From contig OX597816.1 in the NCBI GenBank assembly GCA_951406725.2, positions 171,430,001 to 171,494,000 of the forward strand: a stretch of 64,000 nt of DNA. The letters are read 5' to 3'. Each line of letters starts with the position of its first letter. The first letter of the stretch is position 1. The position numbers and the translations under genes are program-made. Positions 27,736-39,059 of the stretch are shown piece by piece. Source of the DNA: Octopus vulgaris. Lineage: Eukaryota. Under the pieces are notes generated by a model that saw nothing but the letters and a program-made list of their open reading frames with translations, was not told where the DNA came from and did no database searches.

Positions 27736-27866
27736 CATACACGACAGGCTTCTTTCAGTTTCCATCTACCAAATCCACTCACGAGGCATTGGTCGGCCCG
27801 GGGCTATAGCAGAAGACACTTGCCCAAGATGCCACGCAGTGGGACTGAACCCGGAACCATGTGGTT
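27478..27866 (-). mobile_element. SINE family A, head truncated
   Basis: Reverse complement of family A, lacking the first ~40 nt. Confidence 0.93.
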
Positions 27867-29049
27867 GATTGTGTATATAATCTATATATAGCAGTAATTA
27901 TATTTTAAACTTGAAAATATTAACATCCCAATTTTTTTTTTATCATTCTCAAGATCAGCTCTAATGAACAAAAACAAAATTAAATATATATCCTGCAGAT
28001 ACAAGAAGTTAACGACTTCTTTCAAATCAAAATTTTATCTCTGCCATCTCTAATCTGCCAGTTCTCTATGGATTACTTAATCGTACTATAAGGCAATGAA
28101 ACTGGGAACAGTATCAGCTTACAACAGGGAAAATATTTAAGCAGCTTCAGTGAAAATTATTTTGATTTACAAAGATATCAATCACTTGGGAGACAAATTT
28201 GATATTAGTCCTTCTGCAAGTGCAAAATATTTTAATGAAGCTGAACCTTCATACAGAACATCTGAAAATGCTTATCAGATACTGCAAAACCATAGATTAG
28301 AGGATGAAATAACGACATCAGACATATGAAGTGGAGACCATTTGAAGAGCAAACTACAGGGAATAGATGCATGTCAGAGAACCCTAGCTATGAGGTTAGC
28401 CGACAGGAAGTGATGAGAATTAAGATTATAAAAGCTAGTGTGTACAGATGATTTGTAACATATGGGTGAGACTGAACTAGGAAAAACAGCCAACGAGGAA
28501 GGAAACAAAATATTCTCATCTAACAATATTGTCGAACAAGAACAAATAATTGTTGTTATATATAAAGGAGTATGCTGTTTCCTTGATATTCACTGTTTCT
28601 CCTTTAAATTGAAAAATCAAATTTTTTACCATGAAAAAAAAGTTATAAATTGGTATTGATACAAGGTACATCAAACTTATGGACCAGGCCATTAAAAGTT
28701 TTAATGTAAATTTTTTTTCAAATATATAAAAAGCAAACATTTTAATGAATGAGATAACATGTGACTGCATTACTAATTAAATCTTCTGTTCATTTTCTGG
28801 AAGGATATCACTTTAATTTAGTCTCATTAAATTGGCATTTGTTAATTGATATCTTAGTAGAAATTATAACAGGTGATGAAGAAATAAATTTCGCCTTTGA
28901 TATAGAGAAGAAAAAGGAATAACGAAATAATAAATAGCATTGAAAAAGTGTTCTATACTAAAATAGATGAAAACCAACAACCATTTATTTCATGACTGGA
29001 ATAACAAATGGAAAAACAGTCAGAGGAAACAGAATGAACTTATGTATCT

Positions 29050-29343
29050 TTATATTCTTTTATTTGCTCCACTGCCTTTAGTCGAGCAAATCGACCCCAG
29101 GACATATTCTTTGTAAGCCTAGTCCATATTCTACCAGTTTCTTTTGGCGAACCACTAATTTACGTGGATGTAAACACATTAGCATAGGTTGTCAAGCGAT
29201 GTTGGAGGGGGGGCTTCCACTCACAAGAGTTTGGTCGGCCTGAGGTTATAATAGAAGACACTTGCCCAGGTGCCATGCAGTGGGACTGAACCCAGAACCA
29301 TGTGGCTGGTAAGCAAGCTACTTACCACACAGCCACTCCTGCG

Positions 29344-29347
<4 letters not shown>
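29050..29347 (-). mobile_element. SINE family A, diverged with internal deletions
   Basis: Reverse-complement head CCACACAGCCACTCCTGCGCCT plus a partial body. Confidence 0.85.
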
Positions 29348-29376
<29 letters not shown>

Positions 29377-30087
29377 AAATTTAATTTTGATTTAAATTAA
29401 TGTGTAACACACACACATTGTATCATAATGTAATTTTCTTAAATTTTTCGAAATATTAGAAAAAAAAAAAAGAGAAACATAGTAAAATGAAAATTTCTGG
29501 TACTTGTTAAATGTGACAACTATAAGGATGTATGCATAAAGTTATACAAAGGGATAATCATATACATATACCAGTGTGCATTTGCAGCTGTGTATGGCTT
29601 TATGAATGTGAAACCCACTTATAAAAACTAGAAACAGAATACCACTAAATGTTTATTTGCAACACTATATCCACCAAGTTACTGTTACATTTCAATCCAA
29701 AAGGATCCTGTAAGAATCTCTTCACATGACACAAAATAACAGTTTATACTTATCTACACAAAACATTATAGAATGTATTTGCTTGTATTTGTAAAGTACG
29801 TCATTCTCTTAATTCTAAACCATTTTATTGAGATGTTATCTGCAACATAGCTTGATGGAATACAAACACAACACAGATATAAAAAGACCAACTTTACTAT
29901 CACGACCATTTTAAAAGCATAAATAAGCACCTGTACCTCAAAATACAGACAGCTCTCCAATAGACATACACTCACAGAATTTGAATGTTATAGAAATATA
30001 TACAATGTATGCAGACGAAATTTTCAGGTAATGCAAATCGACAGTAATAGCATGCAATAATCAACATAAATTATAAGGTAAACTTAC

Positions 30088-30630
30088 TTCATCATTGTTG
30101 GAGCCTTTGAAATTGTGCATAGCTTTGACTCGTTTGGGATTCGAAGTCCCAGTGTTAATCCCCACATGGTCAGCCATTCTTCCGTTGGTAAAAGTATGGT
30201 TGACACTTGGGGGTTTGGGTTCTTTTGAAGTTTGGATGAAATTGTTGCTTGTCTTGATATTAGTTCCGTCAGGTGTGTTCGGAGTCTGAGATGTATCGGT
30301 AGTTGTTGAAGTAGCAGAAGAAGGGCCAACCAAACCGGCTTTGAGGGTCGTGTTGTACAAAGTGTTGGCAGTGACAAAGTTGACTGTAGATGATGATAAT
30401 GTTGGAATACTGGTAGTTGTAAACAGACTGTTGGTCGAGGATGACGAAGATAACGATGAAGATGACGATAATGAACTTGATTGAAGTTGGTGTTGGCTAT
30501 TGTTGTTGCCAATGAAGCAAGGGTTTGTACAGGACTGGTCCTCTTCATCTGAAATATTGAGAGAAGCGATAAAGTCTTTGATTTCATTGACAATGTCTTC
30601 ATAATCTTTAGCAAAATTGGAGGTTCCCAT
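30088..30630 (-). CDS. ARHGEF7: First coding exon of Rho guanine nucleotide exchange factor 7 (beta-PIX/RtGEF)-like gene
   Basis: 181 codons from an ATG in strong context with an in-frame TAG 9 nt upstream. Ends KRVKAMHNFKGSNNDE at a phase-0 GAA|GTAAGT donor. This matches the start of the PIX-family SH3 domain as recalled (Drosophila RtGEF F.GSNNDELCF, human VRAKFNFQQTNEDEL). Identity rests on ~16 residues. Confidence 0.8.
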
Positions 30631-30859
30631 CCTTAACTAGGGTTATTTGATATCACAGACGAACCTGCTAATTCACACACACACTGGAATTACTAACTGT
30701 AATGAAAGACGTTCTCATATGAAATCGAATATTTTGCTACAGCAGAGGTAACTATTGTTTTTGTTTCCCTGAATATTCCTCGTCGTGTTGCTCATGCCGA
30801 GAGTTATTCATTTTTGCAGTCCTGATATGTTCGATATTAATAATGATGAACCGAAATTA

Positions 30860-31330
30860 ATATGAAAAGAGATGCAAGGATATTTAGAAGATGGCGGAGG
30901 GAAGAAGAGTAAAACTGATGGCTTAATCAGACTTAGTAAACAAGATAGTAAAAGAAAGCAGGCTTGAAAAGCCATCCGTATCGTCTAAGCCTCTCTGTGT
31001 ATAATAGACATACTGCAGCAGTGAGACCTAAAAAAAAAAAAAAAAAGTCTCTAGACACATGTAGCGACAAGAGAAGTTCTCATTACAACTAGAAGACAGC
31101 AGCAGCAGCAGGAGGAGCAGTAGACGCAAAAAAAAAAAAAAAACCGTCCAGGCTCCTCCCCCAACGTCACACTGAGGATGGAGTGGTACCTGTTGGTGGC
31201 AACCGATAGTAGCAACAGTCGCATGAGAGATGCTGCTACCATTGGCGCTGCCTCCCGTTAAAGGCATGGCTGTTATTCGAGCAAGCACGCTCGCATACAC
31301 ACACACACGCACACCTGCTAGAAATTTTTC
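30860..31330 (-). promoter_or_regulatory. CpG-retaining promoter / 5'UTR region of the ARHGEF7-like gene
   Basis: Local CpG enrichment. CCAAT on minus (31241-31245), CRE-like TGACGT (31164-31169), GGGGGAGGAG box (31153-31162), RFX-like half sites (31190-31218), poly-T + AG acceptor at 31028-31046. Confidence 0.55.
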
Positions 31331-32095
31331 AATTAACAAAATCTTTAAAAGTTAAAACAAAAACAAATGACAAATTTATACAACACGATCGCAATAATTA
31401 GTGGATATCGCGAAGAGAACGATAAATCAAAGTTGAAAAAGAATGAGAGTCAATACCCTAAAGTTCTAATTTTAAAAAAAAAGAGGTTAATTTAGTTGTT
31501 TTTTTTCAAAGTTACGATTAAACAGTCCAAAAAGTGGATTAATGGAATAAGTGGTGCGTCGACAAAGAAAAAAATATATAATTGACACAAGGTGAGTAAC
31601 GGACTGTTTTTATTGATATTTTACTGTCAACATCGTTGAATAGTATACAAACGGAATTATGATTTATATTTCTTATATGTTTATTAAGCATTTGTATTTG
31701 TGAAAGTTTTACTCTTTTCAACTGGCGCGTAATTTTAATTTGCATCGCTGGTAGCATGAACATTTAGAAAACCATTCTTATTTTATCGTGTCTCGGCGGA
31801 CTTGTGTTATAATTCGATTCGCATTTAGAATGCGCTATAGGAATCGACTCCAGTACTTGACTGGTAGTTTATTTCAGTGACACTAGAAGGAGTGAAGGGC
31901 ACATTTGATTTCGGTAGAATTTGAATTAAGAACCTAATTAAATACTGCTGGATATTTTGCTCGACACTCTGCCAGTTCACTTCCTAAGTGAGTACTACAG
32001 CACAACCAGAGAGAATCGCTACTTGTTGGCTCGACCGGTCAGAAAAGGCCTCACCTCACTCAATCCACACCATATCAGGGAATTGCATATTGAAT

Positions 32096-32133
<38 letters not shown>

Positions 32134-32871
32134 TTGCAGGAGAAAAAAGAAAACGGGATCACAAATGGAACATTGCTAGTATGGTACACGTCTGAGAACT
32201 TTTAGAACTAAAAGAGAAGATGAATGAATATTTAGATTATTCTTTGCAATGAGACAAAAGATATACAACTCAGCAAATATTAATGGATAATTTTTAAAGT
32301 TTTATTTCTAGAAAATATTAACAATCAAAAATTTCTTTGCCTCTAATTCTTTTTAATTCTATCACATCAAACCTCTAAGATTTGCTATCATCCTGGACTG
32401 CTCATATTAAAAAAAAATTTGACGGAACTTATACATTAACACACATTATATTTCAGAATATACTTTCTTCTCCAGGGCTATTTCATTTTATCAAATTTTT
32501 CAAACTATATCAAGCTTCACTGGTAAACAATGTGCAAAATAATATCATCTACACTTTGAACTCCATTGACTATTGAACAAAGTTTTTAAATGACCAGACA
32601 TTTACACAGACTGCTACTTAGCCTCACTCAGGCCTACCCTGATCAAGCAGACAAAACTAAAGGCATTCCATCTCTTTTATGGATATGCAGGGATATATTT
32701 CCCAGTCTCTTTCCCTTATTTAAAACAGTATGGTGTGAGTAGAAAGTCTGGCTGCTTTTTCCAGCAGGTCGTGTGACAACTGAGGCCCTCTTGTCAGTTT
32801 GATTTATGTAGAACTGAGAATGTCACCTTTCTACAATTACAGTGTTATAAATCTTGATAAATCTAACAATA

Positions 32872-33045
32872 TCAATTATAAAGAAAAGCTTTGAAAGAAA
32901 TTATAGCAGAATATTCCATTACACAGTAGTCAATGAAAATGTAAGTACCAAAGAATGATTTCCTTTGGTTAACCACCAGACCTGCATATGTGAAATGGGT
33001 GGATATTGATTGAAATTCCAACCATTTCACATACTAGTAGCATAA
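32872..33045 (+). repeat. 174-bp direct duplication, copy 1
   Basis: Identical to 33441-33614 apart from 2 substitutions seen. Confidence 0.95.
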
Positions 33046-33440
33046 TCTTTATATATAAAAGTGAAGTTGTGTGTCTGTCTCCTACGATTTAGATTCCTAA
33101 CTACTCCTACATTTTGCGGTGCAGTGTAACCGAAAGCGGGTATCTTATAGTAGTGATTCATATCGAGCCCTTCTGGGTATTAGCATGAGTCTACGATTTT
33201 TAAAAAAAATTTACCATCATTTTTTCCCATTTTTTAATGCATTTTTTTTGCTATTATATAAGGGAAGTAACTCTCTAAAAATTTATTGTTTAATCTCAGA
33301 ACGTAAAAAGCTACAGTAACACCCACCTACCCCCCGTTGTGGTTAGCCATATTGAGATGGCTATTATACTTTACATCTCTAAAAATGCTTATATAGTTAT
33401 TTCCTTTACAAACCCAAGCAACGCCGGGCAATACTGCTAG
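33046..33440 (+). mobile_element. Non-autonomous Helitron (Lep1-like architecture)
   Basis: A|TC...CTAG|T termini, subterminal CCCAAGCAACGCCGGG hairpin-like motif, homologous to 60447-60831. Confidence 0.88.
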
Positions 33441-33614
33441 TCAATTATAAAGAAAAGCTTTGAAAGAAATTATAGCAGAATATTCCATTACACAGAAGTC
33501 AATGAAAATGTAAGTACCAAAGAATGATTTCCTTTGGTTAACCACCAGACCTGCATATGTGAAATGGGTGGATATTGATTGAAATTCCAACCATTTCACA
33601 TACTAGTGGCATAA
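33441..33614 (+). repeat. 174-bp direct duplication, copy 2
   Basis: Duplicate of 32872-33045, starting immediately after the Helitron CTAG. Confidence 0.95.
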
Positions 33615-35879
33615 TTATTAATATAAAAACACTTTGCAGATTTTGATTTTATAATAATCTTATATATATCACTGGTACTTAATTCAGCAATGAGATATTG
33701 CGAAGCAGAACTGATTTTTATATAGAGAGGAGATGATTGCACTCAGTACTGTAAATCCAAAGAAAATGTAAGGTATCTATTTTACTTTAACTCCAAGGAG
33801 ATGGAACAAGAAACAATTTTTGGCCGTTTTTCAAGAACATTAGAATAAAAGGGAACTGAAACCTTTGAGCAAATTCAGTTCACTAAGATCTGGCTACCAA
33901 ACCACAACACCAAGAGACCCCACTCAGTGGTTACTCAATATGCAACAGATAGCAACCAAATCTACCCCTAAAAATAAAGAACATGTCAAACGATGTTTGC
34001 CTTAGATATATAGACATAATGGTCACAACTTGAACTCTCATTATGTCTGCTCAATCAAAGCTGACCTAAGGCCAAACCTGTTATTCAATAAGCTGGGGTG
34101 ACTTCTACATTTGAGGGGAATTTAGCTGCTATTTTTAGGAACCATATTCTCCTCGAATACCTTGTATATAGTAGTCCTGCATACTTTGTCTGAAAATAAG
34201 GCAGGATGGTCATGTATGGAAAGCTTTGGTCAGAGTCTAATCAGCGCTGACTTGGGAGCTAAACAACAACAGCCTGTTACTTAATTATCAACAAACTTGC
34301 TAAAATGTAATCAAAACAGTTTTAGAACAGGCGAAATGGGAATATTTGTGACACGACACCAATTAGTATCGAAGCCCAGTCACTGATTTGATTTACTGAA
34401 AACATACATCCACTGATCAAACGATAATGACATAATAATTTGTTTTGGTAAACACAAAACTTTTGTTAAATGCAAAAGACATATAAAATCAACTGAGTGG
34501 ATCTCACTTTGTTGTTGCTACTTCAATAATTTTTCAGATCTATGGACCCTGACTAGAATTAGCATTTAGCACAGTTGTGTCATGCAAATGAAAAACTTAA
34601 TCTTTGGGCACGCTTGGTATCTGCTAATTCTCTACAACATCCATCGTTAACTATAGTTGAGCCTTGTATATGTGAAACATATTTATTATTTTTCTTTAAT
34701 GTATAAAGATGACATTACAAGTGAGAGGTGTCAACAGTCACAACAAAAAACTACAATATAGGGGATTGAAACACTGAACTGAACAACAAATCTTCACAGA
34801 TTTTGAAGTGAAAATTTATAACAGAACAAACAAAAGTGCTAAGTTTATGGGTTATTATAATAATGAGTCAGCGGAAGTGTTTGAATGCTGGAATGAGTAT
34901 TTAGTTCTTTACTTTTAAGCTAAACACTCCTCAGAGTTGACTTGTATTTGCAATCAATTTGATCAACTGGTCACATTCTCTTCAAAACTGTATTCATATA
35001 TAAAAAAATCATTTTTGTTATATAACAGTATAACAGTTCTTAAATTGTAATTTTTAGACACATTTTCAGATTTTTAAAAATGTACGGAAGTATTGTATGA
35101 CATTGTATCTCAGATTATCCTATATTCTGACAATCCTAATCTGAACTACATATGGCTAAGTCACTTCTTAGAATTGCCGTCACTATTTATGTGGGTGTGT
35201 AGTGTGTATGGTTTGTAGAAATTGCTCACTATCAACAGAAGTACCGACTTTTTTGCAAAGTAGACTAAACACTTGCTTAATAGTAACCAAAGTACAGAAC
35301 AAAAAGAGTGACAGAGCAGGAGTGGAACTCACTTCACATATGCACAGATATTCTTAAACAGTAACGACACAATCTACTTAATCAGATAAAAAGCATTAAC
35401 ATAAATCCATGTTATTTCATGATGCAAATTTGCAGGTGCAAAACATTGTTTCAATGAATAAATTAAAATGAAACTAAAACATCGACACACTTCCATATAT
35501 AGGTCAGATTTACAGGGAAATAAAAAATACTGTACTGTGACTTTCGTGCCTTTTCTGGGTACTTTTGCAAGGATAAAATTGTTTCACTCAGAAATAGAAA
35601 TGACATACATCATTATTGATATTAAAAAGACAAAAGTGTGTGTGAAGGGTTTGAAATCTTCATAGTATTTAATTTTGTATAGTTTGTTTTGATTCAAATC
35701 CTGCTGCTACAAACTGTTATTTTTGTACAGTCTATAAAATAAGAACTAGTAATATACAGGAACAAATTCTATCAAGGACACCCCTCCCAGCAAAATTTGG
35801 CCTTGTACGTAAGTAAGAAATTCAATATGCAAAACCATAAGTAAGAATTAGTGTCTAAAATCAAATAAAGATACCCACC

Positions 35880-36080
35880 CAAACATGATGGCCAACATAA
35901 CCAGTGATACGCAATGGTGAACATAGGTAACAACTCATCCCAGTCAACCAAACAGGTTTTAATAGTGTCAGCACAATATGAATTGTGATACAACTGCAAC
36001 TGTTGTTAAAATTATTCTTCAGTGCACCCATACAAAAATATCTCAAAATTTGTCCCCAAAACCACATCTGGAAGCATGAA
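35880..36080 (-). pseudogene. Possible decayed LTR-retrotransposon (Gypsy-type) integrase remnant
   Basis: GTNFE and DWDELLPMFTIAYH in different frames, in the order expected for DQG.NF and .W...LP....AY integrase motifs. Confidence 0.3.
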
Positions 36081-36505
36081 GCTGCAAGTCATTTGGCCTA
36101 CATTCAAACAAATGACTAATACGATATCCTATATAGTTTGAAAAAGAAGAAAAAAAAAACGACTAAAAACAATAAATATCTAATTTCCAAGTCAAAACAA
36201 AAGATTTAATGTCCTGTTTACAGAAACATATCATACTCCCAGAAAATGTTCCATTTCCCCAATTACTACTTCTCAACATAGATATGATGATCTGAGATTT
36301 ATATCAATGGCATCTTATGCCAACTAATCCCAGAACAGCACCAGCCAACAGGACTAATAATCACTAACAAAATATGAATATTTTCTTAACTTCATTCATA
36401 CTGCTAACATAAACAGCATCTGTTGGTCATACTAGTAGCATAATTATTAATATACAAACACTTAGCAGATTTCAGTTTTATAATAATAATAATATCAGTA
36501 ATTTA

Positions 36506-36541
<36 letters not shown>

Positions 36542-39059
36542 AGCTTAGAGAAGAAGAAGAGACGAAACGAAACCAAACGAATCGAATCGAATCGACACGA
36601 CGGCGCTCAGTCATACAATAGTGTAATAAATAAAATATATGCATACATACAAATATATATGTACGTACCTACATCTACATGTATATATACATGCATATAT
36701 ATATATATATATGATGTAAAAAAAAGAAAAGAGCAATTTAGAAATAACATTACCTATTTTGAAATTTGTGCTAAATATATATATATGTGTGAATATATAT
36801 ATATATAATGTGTGTGTGTGTATGTTTTCTTATCTATTTTACTTTCATCTTCATCATTTTATGAGGTACAAAAAGCTAAACCTACTTGTATGAGATATAT
36901 TAGTTTTTGAGCATGGCTTGAGGAAGCTGACCATAAGCCAGGTGCTATGAATGCAATCATCTCTCAGAAAAACTCCACCTGTTTCCTTGACATAAACGTG
37001 CATACACAGAAAATATATTCTCATAGTGAAAAATAGAAAAGTTCTTGTTGACCAAGTTTTATCCAACTGTTATGTCATTGACAGATCTACAAAGTCACCA
37101 TAATCCTACACTGTTTTAATTCTTTAAAGACAATTATACCAGTTTAGTCTGTCTTTAAAATTCCAGACTAACTACAAGGCCAATTTCAGTATAGCATTAG
37201 TAGGCTTTGCTTCCAAAGAGTTACTATTAGATTTCTATGAACTTTGGCTAAATTTTAGACGTCACTCTTTCAACTTAACTTTTATCTGTTCTCAGAAATT
37301 ATGTAGATGATATTTATGAATTAATGAGGGTGTAACTATCAACTTAGTACCGTAACATAAGTGGCTCACACTTCAAGCAAAGACCAGAAAATAGACAATC
37401 GAGGCTAATCAGCTATTTATGTAGAATGTTATTTTATACAAAACAATGATAATAAATAATTGGATAAAACTGTATCTTTCAACTGCATGTACACTCTTTC
37501 AATGTTAGCTTACTTTTTCCTTAACTAATTCTTCAGACAGATTATCTATTTTTTTTTTTAGATTTTCAATAATTCAGTCTTTCAATATACAGAAGCATTA
37601 GTAACTATCTACATGAATATCTAAACTAAATACTTGTTTTCCTATACAGGTACACAGCCTAAGAAATGAAATAACCCCAACAAGAAAAATCAAATTGTAG
37701 ACTGCTCACTGGGAGCTTATCTTCACTAAATGCCAATTCAAGCTGGTACTTGTATATTATCTGTCTACAACAAAAACTCAAAGGTCCTTTAGTTGGTAAA
37801 ACCATTGCAGACTGGTTATATTGGAACGGTGCAACAAATTAATGGAAAAGAAATAGTAAATAAAATATTTAGTTTTCAGAATCATGTTATAACAACAGTT
37901 GCTTGAATACCTTAATGCATATATAAGGCTTACATATTTCAATGTTCACCTTTAAAGGAACATAAGATAAACAGATAATAATAAGTGACTGATATTTCAA
38001 AACCAGTTTAGGCAATTTCTATATTTGATTGCCTTCATTTTTTAATTTTTTATTTAGGGTTCCTTAACAAATTTACTTCATAATTTATTTCAATTAACAT
38101 TTTCCCAGAGCTATCTGAAAGTACAAGTCTCTACAAGTATGTCACAATAAACAATGGAATTACAATATTATTTTCAAAATAGCACAAATATAGGCCCAGG
38201 GGTAAATGATATAGCTAAACAATTCTTTGGGCATGCTTAGTTACTGTAATGTTGAGTCATTTTGTTAATGCCAAAAGAATAACTAGAATCATTCACTGAG
38301 ATTGTAGAGTCCAGAAATATCAACCTCTCATTCTCATATGTATTTTGCTTACAAGGATATATTATTAATAGCCGTGTGTTCTGCTATGTTTTAAATTATA
38401 AACATTGGTGCAAGTGTGGTTATGTGCTAAGAAGCTTGTTTCCCAACCATATGGTTCCAGGTTCAGTCCCACTGCATGGTACCTTAGGCAAATGTCTTCT
38501 ACTATAACCTTGGACCAACCAAAGCCTTGTGAGTGGATTTGGTAGACAGAAACTGAAAGAATCCCATCGTGTGTGTCATGTATATACATATACCAGGGTT
38601 TTCTGAAAATCTACCCAGGGCTGTTAAACAGAAAATTTTATTTTACAAAACTATTTTTTGGCTTACATAACCGCCCATGGGTGGTAATATGGAAGTAAAA
38701 TATTTCACCTAGGAAAAACAAAGATATTCTCAAAAACCATATTTATTTCATACAATTCCATTTGAACTTCTGTCATTTCAGTTATCAGATATATAGACAT
38801 AAAGAAACTGAAACAGCCTTAAAAGAAGTAGCATATCAAAAAATATTCTGAAGTTAACAATGGATCTATTAGGAAATATTGAAAATTGAACTGTTGAAAA
38901 CATGACTAGAAGCCTCATATGAACAAATAATGTCCTTGGGCATTTATGGTAGAATAATAACTGAATAGTTTCAAGTTAAATATCACGAATTTCTTCATTT
39001 GTTGCTTGGCCATAATTCACATCAGAGCAGATTTCATTTACTTGTATCTCATCTTCTTC

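Noticed and set aside
29766-29975. IPSSYV as the end of the SH3 domain
   Set aside because: Lacks the intervening LCF/KGD/WWEG/GW residues and a suitable acceptor; likely chance.
30084-30614. 176-aa overlapping alternative-frame ORF (dual coding)
   Set aside because: Plausibly a by-product of Ser/Thr-rich codon usage in the real frame; it ends inside the splice donor and has no recognisable homology.
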